Positions 27,301 to 39,714 of a stretch of 64,000 nucleotides of DNA are shown in pieces. Under the pieces are notes generated by a model. The model was given only the letters and a program-made list of their open reading frames with translations, had not been told where the DNA came from and ran no database searches. The position numbers and the translations under genes are program-made. How positions within the stretch are numbered: the stretch's first letter is position 1; each line of letters opens with the position of its first letter. The DNA is from Cycas panzhihuaensis (lineage: Eukaryota; Plantae; Cycadophyta): NCBI GenBank assembly GCA_023213395.1, contig CM041465.1, positions 75,275,741-75,339,740 on the forward strand, in the 5' to 3' direction.

Positions 27301-30063
27301 ATTTAATTAGTAGCTTCACTAAATAGAAGTGAAAAATGCATTTCTAAGTAGGAACTTAACAAAAGAAGTCTACATAGAATAGCCACCTAGCTTTATGTAA
27401 AAAGGTTAGGATCACTTAGTATGCTAAATCAAAAGAGCCTTGTATAATGTAAAATAAGTTCCAAGAGTTTGAGAGATATCTAATTGACTCAAATCTACAC
27501 ATCAAAGATTTATATGATAAAATAATGTTTATAATGTTATATATTAATGGCTTACTAATCAAAGGTAATCGTATCGATTTGATATCGGACCTAAAAATAT
27601 ATCTAATTCATTTCTTCAAGATGACAGATCTAGGAGTTCTACATCACTTCCTTGGAGTGGATGTATGATAATGACCTGGATATGTCTTTATCTCATAAGA
27701 AAAATACACTTGGAAAATTCTAAAGAAATTTAGAATAGTTGACTACAAGCTTGTACCTACTCCTATAGAGATAAGTTCCAAGTTAACAATTAAAGATGGT
27801 AGAGAAAATATTGCTACAACATTATACAAATATCTAATGGATAATCTAATATACTCGATTACTACCATGCCTGATATTTTATTTATAGTTAGAATGGTAT
27901 CTAGGTTTATGGAAATGCCAAAATAAAATCACTAGGAAGTTACAAAAGTGATCCTCAAATACTTGAAGGGGACTATATAATATGGACTTAAATTCATACA
28001 CAATGACAACTTCAAGTTAGAAGGATTCACAGAGTTTAATTAGGCCATATATATAGAAAATATTGTTGGAATATTAATGCACATTTATTTTGTCCCACAT
28101 ACAAATGGGTTCCACTCTCACCATCATGACTTGTATTATAAATACACAATATTGTATATCATATTGTATCATGTTATAATAATGTTTTGTTAATACAATG
28201 GAGGTACCTTAAGGGTATTGTTCGATCCTGGAGGTGCATTTGTTCTTTTTGTTCTATTTGCCAATATTTTATTACAGGTTCTATTTTCCAACATGATATC
28301 AGAGCACCCAAATTGAGAGAGGTATGTTGTTTGATATCAGAGTGGTGTTTTGGGAGGTGCCATCAAGGGTTGAAAGCATATTCGAAAGAATAAATGTTAA
28401 AATTTCTAAAAAGTAATGGCAAAATTGAGATGAAATAGCTCATTCTATAAAATTTGAGTGGTCACATTACAGATTTTGGGGTGAAAGTACAAAATTGTAG
28501 CAGAATTAATTTCAGTCTATTTTTTTTTCATCATCATATTTTTGGGATAGATCTGCAACCTCGACTTCAAAGAGCAATAACTTTTGCTACAAGTATCCAA
28601 ATGACCTCAAATATTTTTTATTCTATGCATTTTCTACTTTACTTTCTAATGGAAGTGGTTTGAAGTTCATTAGAGTTCAGAGTAAAATGTTATTAGTAGT
28701 TTATTAGAAGGTACTATTACAGTTCTTAAAAACCTTAATTGTGAAATTCTTAAAAGGGGTATAACTTTTAATCTAGATATCAGAATTCAATTTCATCTAA
28801 ACCATTGGAATCATATTTCAGAGACCATCATTTCCATCTATATTTTATGTATTTTTGAGCTATATTCTTTCTAAGAATAAGCTTTTCGAGAATTTAAGGG
28901 TTTCATATTGATATAGTGATGTGAATGAGGCAATGGTAATGAGGTTATATAAGTGTTTTACATTCTTAATTGGTGACAAAGTAGTGACATTTAGTATTAG
29001 CATAGTTCTATCTTACATGTGATTTACATAAGTTGGATAATGTTGTAATATGAGGTGACTATTTGAGGCTCTCTTGCTTATGTTGTGTATGGGATAGTAT
29101 TGTTGCAATGTGAAACAACATTAAGTCATGTTGATGTGACTATATTTGGCACTCTATTGGTGATTTGAGGTGCATGATGGTGATTATTTAATGGAAATTT
29201 GAGTGCTTTCTTACATATATTCATATGAGAGAGTTATTGTGATGATGATATAGTATGGTGATGAAGCGATAGTGCATGTATTTGCATGAATGAGTTGGAT
29301 GGCATATGGCAACTTAGTGCTTCTTAGAATGTGATTTACTTGAAGGAGAATTATGGGCATGATAAGACAAAATTGAGGACAAGGGAAATGGTGAATTAAG
29401 ATAATGAGGTGCTTGTTATATGTGAGGTTACTAGCATGTTTTAAGGATGAGATTAGGGATGTTTGATTATGTGTTTTAATTGATTGAATGGGAAAAGAAG
29501 GATGCCTTTTTTGTTGAAGTTACCTGAGTTGCAAGTGTAGTGGTATGAGTTACATTTTGGGTAATTAAGTGAAGTGTGTGTCTTGGCAATTTAATGGTGA
29601 CATGAGGTATGCACGATTTCTGTGAGATGTATGTGGCTTAGACACTGATTTGATGGTGAAGTAAGTGTTTCAGATATTTGTTGCATATGATTGTTTGGCG
29701 ATATAAGAAATGGACAAGGCGATGATGTGATGATAAAGTCAATGATGTGAGAGATATGAGATATTAGAAATTTTGAGAGTGATCAATAAGCAAGTTACCA
29801 ATGATAAGTGAGTTTGTTGATTAAAAAAATGGGCGTGGTATTAGAAAATGGCATTTACAATCATGGAGGAAAATGATGTGATTATGTATGTTCCTGAAAT
29901 AAATAAATATTACTTGAAGAATTCATTTCTTCCGATACCTAAGTGTAATGGAGAAGACTACTTCTTTTAGATGATTAAAATTAGATGTATTTTCATAGTT
30001 AGAGGTTTGTGGAAGCTTGTTATTGATGGATATGATATCCCTAAGGATGAAGAAGAAAAGTAA

Positions 30064-30702
30064 ATGCTTGAGAAGAAAGATATAAAGGCATTCATTATGA
30101 TTTGTGCTGCATTCAATGAGGTTGATTTTCCTTCTGAATACCATTTTGTTATTTCTATGATTCTATATGCAAGTACTGCTAAAGAAGCTTGGGATTTTTT
30201 AAGGGAAGTATTGGAACAAACTCTTGAAGAGACACAACGAATAATTGAAAAAGTAATTAAGGTCAGTTATGGTTATGGTATAGGTATAATGAATGAAGAA
30301 AATATCATCAACACTAATGAAATGATATGTCAAGATGAAGAATGTATAAGTACTAATGAAATTTCTACTAAATATAAAGAAACGATGGTTGAATGTATTG
30401 ATGAAACTACAACTATTGATGAAGACATTAAAAGTGATGAATCAATAAAGGTTTATTTAGATGACACTATTATTTCAAGAGAAATTGAATGTGAATCTGA
30501 TGATCCCATAAAAGATGAGTCTTGTATTGATTCAAGTATAAATGATGCTCCTACTTTGAGCATTGATTCAATTTCAAAGAGTATGCAAGTTGATCAAGAT
30601 TTTGCTTCAAAGGTTGAAGAAATCACTGTTGTACATGGTGATCAAGAACTTATACAAGATAATGATAACAAGCAAGTTGTATTTGAAGATGGTTACTTAT
30701 AG
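30064..30702 (+). pseudogene. gag: Element E gag-like ORF with an acidic tail
   Basis: 212-aa ORF containing KKDIKAFIMICAAFNE...ASTAKEAWDFL, a copia gag UBN2-like motif. Confidence 0.8.
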
Positions 30703-30792
30703 GATCTTCATCACAATCAGACTAGACCAACTGCAATGAAGAATCAGGATTTGCACTTGCTATAGCTACTACATCAACACCATCATCATAGG

Positions 30793-31003
30793 ATTGAAGA
30801 TAAAAATCAAGCTGAGAATATCATCTTACAAAGGCATGAGTATAGAATTGAAAACAAAAATCAAGTTGAAGACACCATTCTACAGCAAAGACATCACTAT
30901 TAAATTGAAGACGAAAATCAAGATTAAGACATCATTCTATATCAAAGACATCACTACAAGATTGAAGACAAAGATCGAGATGAAGACATCATTCTCAAGA
31001 CAT
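30793..31003 (+). repeat. About four degenerate 54-57-bp tandem units in frame with E gag
   Basis: ATTGAAGA(C/T)AAAAATCAAG.TGAAGACATCATTCT units start at 30793, 30847, 30904 and 30961. Confidence 0.8.
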
Positions 31004-32389
31004 TTCTAAGGATAAAGTGTTGTAAACACAAATAACCCAAATGTGAATTAAGGAGGAGTGTTAAAATATTAATGTATATTTGTTTTGTCCCACATGCAAG
31101 TGGGTTCCACTCTCACCATCATGACTTGTATTATAAATACACAATATTATGTATCATATTGTATCATGTTATAATAATATTTTGTTAATACAATGGAGAT
31201 ACCTTAAGGGTACCATTCGATCTTGGAGGTGCATTTGTTCTGTTTGTTCTATTTTCTAATATCTTATTGCAGGTTCTATTTTCCAATAAATATGAGGTCA
31301 ACTTCTAGATACTAGTTTAGTTTAGGATTAACAATTGTAATATGGAGCAATAAAAGGTAATTAAAAATTGCTTTATCCTCAATTAAAGCAGAGTATAAGG
31401 TTGTTTTTGTAGTAGCTAATAAAGCCCTTTGGTTATAATAGATTCTAAGGGATATGAATTATATCAATTAGAACCAATTACATTGTACTATGATAATCAA
31501 AGTACATTGAAGATTATAAAGAACCCTGTGTTTCCATGCTTACACTAAACACATTGAGGTGCACCATTATTTAATGAATTGACTCAAAGTAAAGTGATTG
31601 AGATGTTGTACATAGCAATAAAAGAAAAGTTGGCTGACAGCTTCACCATGCCATTAACATAAGATAAATTTCAAACTTTCATAGATGGTTTAGGTGTTCA
31701 AATAACTAAAGTAAATATTAAGGGAGAGTGTTGAATATTAATGTGTACATTGGCTCACAATATATAGTTGTAAGCCTCCTCCTTATCATTGTATTTTTAT
31801 TAATCTTTATTTAAATGTATGAATAGTGAGTCATTAGGGCTTACTCAATATTTCTCACATGTGTTATTAGTTAGAATGTAAATATTCCTTTTAATATTGT
31901 ATTTATACATTGGATTGTGCATTATAATAGGAAATGGAGTTTAGTGAGTATGAGATAAATTAATACATTTTTTTAAGAAATAATTTTTTTAAATATGTTA
32001 GGATCTATCCTTTTCATATATAATCCTAATTTTATTAAGTTTTATAGCATTTCCATGGGCAACATAGTCCACCACCAATGTGTTTATTTTATTATTTTGC
32101 CCACCATTATCCTATGCAGTTGTGCTCATTATCACACTACAAATAGTCAATGCTTACAAAAGGATTGGCTCTAGTCAAGAAGATTCCTATAACCTTGTGT
32201 TATATATAACATAATATTTCCAATCTAATTATTTAACCCTTTTACTTTATGGCAATTGGAATTTATACTCAGTAAAGTATCTACAACAACCAGTTATAAA
32301 AGTTAAGTCATATCCCTTGATAGTCTAACTCATGTCACTTTAAACAATATGAATTGCTCAACTTTATTTAATAGAACTCGACCTTGCAA

Positions 32390-32497
32390 CTGACCTTAAC
32401 AAGGAGTGTCATATAGGCTTTTACATTTTATGGTTACTCTCATATTTAGCAATTATTAAACTAGGATTTCTATTTCTATCTTTTTTTTCATGGATAT
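32390..32497 (-). pseudogene. Gypsy H RT N-terminal remnant, left of the G insertion
   Basis: Minus strand YP*KKKIEIEILV**LLNMRV...KSLYDTP resembles YP..QKDEIE.LV.EML..GVI..SKSPF.SP and continues the reading from 58545. Confidence 0.65.
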
Positions 32498-34790
32498 TAT
32501 TAAATGTTAATGTTTTATTTATAATGTTTTCTTAGGAGCCCTTAACTAGGATAACTTAACTAGGTTAGGTTATTCTTAAAAGCTATGTATCATGATGTTA
32601 TTTGGTCTCTTTTCATTGGGCTAATTTTAGTACTTATTATGTATAAATATGTGAGATCTTCTTACAATAATGTAATGCAATGAACTTATCTCTTGTTATT
32701 CATCATGAAGAGAAAATATAACTGCAAAAGCAATGTATTAATAAAATAAAAGTAATGTATTAACAGAACTCTAAACCATACAAAGAATAAATAACATAAA
32801 CCAAGCACATAACAAAGAACACCAAAAGATTCAGGTTTAAGCATAGACCTTTTATTAATCTAAGTAATAGCTAAAGAATTATAAAGATGAAAACCCCAAC
32901 TCTTCTCATTGACTCATCAAAGACTCATCTAATCCCTTACATGTGTTGGAGTTAATCATCATCACTCCACTCCCACATTTCCAACCAGGATTGTACACCT
33001 CATCAACTTCAATTTAGACATGTGATACTCAACATGTCGAGGTAAGTTAAGGTAAGTTTAACTTTAATTCAAGTTAGTTTCATTTGAGTTAAGTTAACAT
33101 TATTTTATTATTATTTTAAATTCAGGGTTTGAGGAGTTTCCCTCCTCCCCCAAATTATAAATATTGAGGGGTGTGCAACCCTAGTGTCTTAAGACACCAC
33201 CCTCATTTGTGAAATTTGTATTGCTCACTTTCAACAATGGATTGAAGATTCAAGCTTTCATGTTTATACTACTATTGTACAACATTGTATTGAAGATTTG
33301 TATTAGAATATTGATATTTTGATCTATTGATTATATGATATATATTCTGCCATGTTCTCCTACAATATATTTTTCCTACATTTGGTATGAGAGCAGGCAA
33401 TTGTTGATCTATGAAGTTTTTCGTAAAAGTAAGAAGATTTCAAGGTAGAGTTTCTCACAAGTAAATAATATCATTGATACTTATTTTCTGCAATTTTTGT
33501 CAGTAAATTTCTTCTATTTTTCATCAAGTTTTGATTATTATTGAGCTATTTTCTTGTATAACAAATATACTTTAGATTTTTTCAGATTTATGCAGATTTT
33601 TTGCTATATTTCCAGATCTACGAAGGAGATCAACGTATTTCAGCAGCAAGTTATTTGTATTCAAGATTTTTATCATATTTGATATTTTTTTTTTTCATAT
33701 CTACAGTTTTTTATCATATATTTGACAATTTTCAAGTTTATTTGTTTATTTTATCTAATATTTTTCATAGATCTTCAAAGGAGATCAGTTGTATGCAAGA
33801 TTCATATGGTTTTTCTTCAAGATCTATAATTTTCACTCCAGATCTACTATATTTCATTACAGATCTGCTACATATTCTACAGATCTACTCATCTTAATAA
33901 ATATTTGATAGTTATTTGGTTGATTTAGTTCAAATCTACAATATTTGTTCAATACTTTTTTAAATCTACTGGTTTTTACTTTAGATCTGCTTATTTCATG
34001 AAGTATTATAATATTTTCTGGTATAGTTATTTTAGATCTATAACATTTAGTTTAGATCTATTATATTTCTTTTCAGATCTATATTTTTTCATCACATATT
34101 TTGACTACATTTTCAAGTCTTTTTACAGATCTATAATCTTTAGAGCATATTCAATTTTTTGAAGAAGTATATACTACAAATCTGCTTACTAGAAGCTTTT
34201 GAAGCCTATTTTTTCATCTACAAATCAACTACATTACCAGATCTATAATTATTTGGGGCATATTCAGCCTTCTGAAGAACATATACAATAGATTTCACTG
34301 CTACAAGTCTACTATAGCAGCATTTTTCCAGGTTCTTTAGTTTCCTTTTCAGATCTAAACTCATATTTCTAATATATCTGCAATAGATTTGAAAATATTT
34401 CAAATACAAATACATGTGCATTTTGTTTATTTGATACATCTTCTTCAAGATATTTGAAAAATGTGTTCATGCTCCTCACATTGATATTTCATTTCTTATA
34501 TGTTTTGCATTACATATTTTTTGACATCTCATGCGCATAAGCATTTTTATTTGTGATTGAAAAGGAGTGCAAAAACTATCAATTATTTTCATTCTTTACA
34601 AAAAGAATACAACAAAATTCTTAAATTTTTTATTGGTATTTGATCTTGTAGGCCAAAGAAGGCATATTATTTCTGTACTCTGCTTTCTACATTGCCCTTT
34701 TTGTTGGCCACATCTACTGCTTTTCTATTACATTCCTGCATTTTTTGGGCACTACCTCCTGCCTTCAATCAAGAAGTATAAGCCATTATT

Positions 34791-34889
34791 AGGCTCATCA
34801 TAGCCTACCATTGATGGTGTAATAAATTTAGGATAGGCATATGAGAAGAGCTCATCATAAAGAGTCTTGTCACCTCTTTGCATCCTCAG
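34791..34889 (-). pseudogene. eIF3L: Captured fragment of eukaryotic translation initiation factor 3 subunit L
   Basis: The minus strand translates to LRMQRGDKTLYDELFSYAYPKFITPSMVGYDEP, matching the conserved eIF3L motif MLRMQ(K/R)GD..(V/I)Y(E/D)ELFSY(S/A)CPKF(L/I)(S/T)P. It is not in the supplied ORF track. Confidence 0.85.
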
Positions 34890-34972
34890 CTAATAAGTGC
34901 ATGCTTAGGTTTTTATAAAATACAAACAAAATACACATACTAATATGCCAACAGTTTTTCACAAGTCCTTTA

Positions 34973-35212
34973 TTATGCAAGGTTATTAGCACATGTTGTC
35001 CCATTTCCAGCCACATCATTAGTTGCATTAGCAACTTGCTTTACAAGACTTGCACCCACATTCTTTATTGTGTCTTTGAACTCAATATTTATTGCAATAG
35101 TGACACCATCTTTTGTGACCTTTGGAGAACCAAAGCTTTGTTCGATAACTACATTGTGATCCTTAGGTCCCATCATCACCTTCATTGCATCTGCAAGTTG
35201 TTCCACACCTTC
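34973..35212 (-). pseudogene. HSP60: Captured fragment of mitochondrial chaperonin 60
   Basis: [74 protein letters not shown] is plant mitochondrial CPN60 ([72 protein letters not shown]). No introns within it. Confidence 0.95.
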
Positions 35213-37329
35213 AACAGTATTAGATCACAATAGGTAGCAAACACTGGATCTGAAATTTTGGCAGCAACCATAGAGCAACACTCGTGCTAGTGATGCAACG
35301 TAAGTAGCTGCCCGCCTTTCACTGAAACATGTAGAGCGTTGAAGCTCTTTTCTGACTTACCCTTCTGACATATTCAAGAATCAGACAGACATAACTCTAA
35401 CATGTGCCATTCTCCCCCAGTGCCAGGGCCATTTCATTTTCTATTTCCTCTGTTTAAGCTCCCACCATGTGCCTTCCGTTCACAACTGTTTACATCATAT
35501 ATAATCATTTTTTTTAATCCTTTTTCATGGAAGATCTATTGCCCCCTCTCCTAGCATGGTGACTCGACTGATTTTCACCGTTTTCTTCGAGATTTCACGC
35601 ACTGCGTGGCTACCGATCCATTTTCTATTTTGTTTTTCATTTTTATCCAATGCTCTTTTAAATATATATGCATATATATTTCTCAAATTTGATAATAAAC
35701 CCCTTCTAAGTGTAAATCTACCTCCTATCAGTGGTTTAGATCAGTTGTTCTAATATGTTTCTGATATGTTTTAGCATTGTTCATCGTGCAAGCCGTACAT
35801 AGGCAACAGTATTCTATTTTTCCTAGGTTTTATTTTTTTATAAAGTTTAAAAATATTTAAACATATTTCATAACATTTGAAATCCACGTTTAAAAGAACC
35901 CTATCCCTCTAAACTCTTAGCCCCCAGTCTCATTTTACCTCTATATGACCTTAACTTATCACAAAAGGAGTTAACAAACTTTTCATAAACTTTTTTCATT
36001 TTATTTTTTTTAATTTTTCATTTTTACATAGGGTTATTGGCCTTTTTTTGCCATAACTCTTCACTGAGTCACTAGTTTCTGACGAAACCAGTTTCATTGG
36101 GCCATAAATGTTTCGTATATCAATTTTGATTGATCATATAACCAATTTGGTGCTGATTTGACCCTATTTCAGTCGATTTAAAGTCAATTAGTCTTTTTTT
36201 TAACATTTTTTAAACTTTTTACAAAATCACTTTTTGAACTGATTATATTTTATTACTAGGTGACTATTTTCTACTCGGATTTATTCTAAAGTGATCTACG
36301 TTCAACAAACTTCATTACCCATATTTTATTTTATTTTTTAGAATTCATTTTGACTACTATTTTAATCATCGAAAGTGGCATTTTAGTAGTTTTCAACACT
36401 TTTTAAACTATTTTTTACATAAAGGTACTAGTTACTATTTCTGCTATAACTTTTCTGTTTGACATCCAAATTCAGTTTCGTCAGTTTCATTGGGAAGTTA
36501 ACTCAATTTTCTTCGATCTGATATAGTTTTTTATACATTTTAACGTATTTTTACTTATTTTCAAATCACTCAAAGTAGAGGTACTTTATTGCTTTAAACT
36601 TGTCATATTTACGTTCTTTTATATATAATCTTTCAAATTGTTTCAATTGAAAGTATATTTAGCAATCTTATAAATGATATTTGATTATCTTATATCATTT
36701 TACAAGTATTTTATTGGCATTTTTATACAATTTTGAGCCCCATACTCATGTTGTACCTCAAAACGAGGCCTTTATATTTAGTCATTCAAAATTTGACTTC
36801 TAAGAATTTGTTTTCAAAACGGTCAATTCCATTGGATTCATATTTTATTTATCTTCATGTTGGTGGAGTTTCAACTTATTCTAACATCGTTTAGTATACT
36901 TTTGAAGCAACCAAACTTGAGTTTGTCCTATAAACCTTCTTTTAAAAGGTTTCTTTATATTCCTTATCTTTCAAAGTAAAATATACGTATATTTCAGTTT
37001 TTTTCAGCATTATATATTATCATCAAAGCTAAGGATTTATTACATTGATAATTTATATTTATTCATTTGAAGAAAATCAAAAGGTTAAGGATTATTCCTT
37101 TTATCATCAAAGTTATATTTCAGATTTGTATTATTAAAAAGATTTTTATTACATGCAAATTTACTTATATATCCATCATTTCCTTATTGTGCCTAGTTGA
37201 TTGACTTTCTAAAGGGCATTATATCTACTTCAAAAGGTTTATTTGAAATCATATATATTCATTGTATTTATTGACTTTATTTGATTTAGTAAAAGCATAC
37301 ATTTGATGTACTAAAGTTTCTTTGATAAA

Positions 37330-37935
37330 ATAACACAATTTTCTTTATTCAATGGGCATAAATTTTCATAATGGTATGGAACTATGCAAGATTATTTTAT
37401 TGAACATAATCTTATGAAATATTTACAATATGAATGTGATCTAAGTATTAAAGAAAATTTTAGAAAGGACAATGAAACATTGTGTCTATTATTTTGCACT
37501 ATGAATGATGATGTTTTTTCAAAGGTTTATGAATTAACAACTTCCAAATCAGTTTGGGATGTATTGTTTTCTATTTATGGGGGAGATACCCTCTATGTAT
37601 TTGATGATATTTTTGATGAGCATGTGAGACAGGTGACAGAACAGGTGAATCATAATGACAACACCCATGAAGATTCAGATCAAATACAGGACCAACTTGC
37701 TACACAAGTACCTGATCCTCTATTTGAGGGGGAGAATGAATCATATGACATGATAGAGAATGAATTTAATGACATGATAGCTACTCACAGCATAAAGACT
37801 ACAAAAGACAAAGTTATTGCTATACATACATGTCTGAATCAAGTTTCATTTGCACTAAATCTTTTACAATTTACTTTTAGCTTTTTTACATCACTCCATG
37901 AGACATATATTACAAGACGTTTGAAGCATGTTGAT
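37330..37935 (+). pseudogene. gag: C2 gag, interrupted by D; the tail resumes at 42347-42437
   Basis: ORF 37384-37941 is homologous to the C1 and C3 gag. After D it continues EDQIFKVFFKYKFHKFKENIQVFVMTLRGRMLE. Confidence 0.88.
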
Positions 37936-38637
37936 TGTTAGATTGTATAATATAAACTTATGTAATTTTATGTGTCACATGTCTAAATTAAAAATTAAGT
38001 TATTATAATGTTTTTATCTTAGATGTATTTAATTAAACTTGTGGAAGGTCGTTGAATATATGAAACTGCATTTCAACGAACCTCCTTGGTACTTAACCTC
38101 CTAAATTCACGGAGCAGTCGGTAGGAATCTAGGAGGGTCACATCTAATGATGCCTGAAGGCTGGTCTACTTCTTAGAGGTATTTTCTATGCATGTTTTAA
38201 ATTCTATATTTTAATTAATAAAATTATATAGCTTAGGAGGTGGTTTTTTATTCCCCGGAAGGGGTTTTTCCACCTGTCAACCTGTGTGTATATGTAGTGT
38301 CATTTATATTGTTTATATCTGTAATTTCTTAATTGTGTTCTTATTACTGTTTTATTGTGATCCTGTTAATGACACTGTCATATGCCTATTCTCCTACATG
38401 GTATCAGAGCACGTTATGCCCTTTTTTTCTTTGTCTGTTATTTGATTTTTTGCTTTTCTTCTTTTTTTTAAATTATTTTGGTCATCTGAACTATGTATTC
38501 AAAATCGAATGAAACCAAGTTTTTTTTTTTTTTTTTTTGAATACACCATTGAAGCTAAAAACTTTCACTAAATAATATTTTTTCTTAGAGACAAAATTGC
38601 CGTTTATACAAACAGCCTTTTATTTAAACTGTCATTA

Positions 38638-38893
38638 AGATAGACCATTTTACATACCAGTTCATAGAATTTTTACAAGATAGACTGTTTTATATACCAG
38701 TTCATAGAATTTTTACAAGACAGACCGTTTTACATACCAGTTCATAGAATTTTTACAAGACAGATCGTTTTTCATACCAGTCCAGAGAATTCTTACAAGA
38801 CAATTTTTTTATACCAGTTCGTAGAATTATACAAAACCGAAACCCTTGCCATTAAGGCAGAATTATACAAAACTAAAACCCTTACCATTAAGC
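38638..38893 (+). repeat. Tandem arrays in D: about 5 x 40 bp, then 2 x ~33-35 bp
   Basis: AGA(T/C)AGACCGTTTTACATACCAGTTCATAGAATTTTTACA at a 40-bp period from 38638, followed by AGAATTATACAAAAC..AAACCCTT.CCATTAAG twice. Confidence 0.9.
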
Positions 38894-39213
38894 AGAACCG
38901 TACAAAAAAAATTCCATCACTAAAAGCCTTCTTTCTTCATATTCTATTTTCTGTGATAGTAGAGGTGTAGGAAATCCCTGTACAATATAACCATGCAACA
39001 GCCCCATGCATGGCAGCACTACCATATTCAACATTTTCTTTTGGTAAGATTGTCATTCCTGCTAGAACACCAAAAACGGCTGGGAAATTTAACACATACA
39101 ACAAAATAAAACAAAAATAGGGAACAAAAACAAGTAGGGCTGCTAGTTTGCCACAAACCCCAAATATAAAAAAAAAAAAAATCAAAGTTAGGTGGAGAAA
39201 CCCTAGCCGCCAC

Positions 39214-39514
39214 AGACAATGGAGCCTGCACAGAGAGGTCAAGCCGCCAAAGCTTGAAAAGCCAGACAATGGAGCCTACATAGAGAGATCAAGCTGCCAA
39301 AGCTTGAAAAGCTAGACAATGGAGCCTGCACAGAGAGGTCAAGCCGCCAAAGCTTGAAAGCCTGAACCTTTGGAAGCACGCATAGAGGTCAAGATGCCAA
39401 AGCCTGCAAAACGAAGTGAAGCCGCGCCATCTCATAAAGCGAAGTGAAGCCGTGCCATCTCACAAAGCAAAGTGAAGCCGCACCATCTCACAAAGCAAAG
39501 TGAAGCCGCGCCAT
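39214..39514 (+). repeat. Tandem arrays in D: 3+ x 50 bp and about 4 x 28-29 bp
   Basis: AGACAATGGAGCCTGCACAGAGAGGTCAAGCCGCCAAAGCTTGAAAAGCC starts at 39214, 39264 and 39314. AAGTGAAGCCGCGCCATCTCA(C/T)AAAGC repeats about four times over 39410-39514. Confidence 0.92.
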
Positions 39515-39714
39515 AGTCGTACCTGCACAGCAAGAAGGAACGCCGCCTCGAAATCAATATGGAGAAACAGGTAGGGTTTCTAACATAACCCCCTCCTCCC
39601 GGATTTTAATTTTTTTTTTTTTTTTTTTTTTAGTTTGTTATAAAACAAAAGTTTGTCGGGTCCATCGATCCTCATTTTTTATTTTTTATTTTTTTTCTAA
39701 TATAATATGCCCCC

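Larger units (their letters stand above)
28064..31288 (+). mobile_element. Element E: small gag-only (TR-GAG-like) LTR retrotransposon
   Basis: 230-bp LTRs at 28064-28293 and 31059-31288. PBS TGATATCAGAGC at 28294-28305, PPT TTAAGGAGGAG at 31048-31058. TSD AATAT at 28059-28063 and 31289-31293. Inserted in the RNase H of F. Confidence 0.95.
25230..31710 (+). pseudogene. pol: Decayed gag-pol of element F (PR, INT, RT, RNase H), split by element E
   Basis: Protease WFIEFCA*RHMT at ~25410, integrase GLVYSDIF...YFITFIDDF at ~25980-26070, RT at ~27030-27970. RNase H GFT...IEN|MRSTS is interrupted at 28063/31294 and has TKHIEVHH at ~31545. Many stops. Confidence 0.85.
16811..32046 (+). mobile_element. 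Element F: old Ty1/copia retrotransposon hosting C1 and E
   Basis: Diverged LTRs at 16811-17101 and 31729-32046. PBS TGGTACCAGAGC at 17102-17113, PPT TTAAGGGAGAG at 31718-31728. Perfect TSD GCATT at 16806-16810 and 32047-32051. Confidence 0.88.

Noticed and set aside
34973-35206. Functional HSP60 gene, bacterial groEL contamination or organellar insertion
   Set aside because: It is only ~75 codons with substitutions at conserved sites (GRN>DHN, GDG>GNG) and lies inside a TSD-bounded retroelement. The sequence is the nuclear-encoded mitochondrial type ([20 protein letters not shown]).
38638-39514. CRISPR-like array
   Set aside because: The units are contiguous with no unique spacers, there are no cas genes, and the context is a eukaryotic retroelement.
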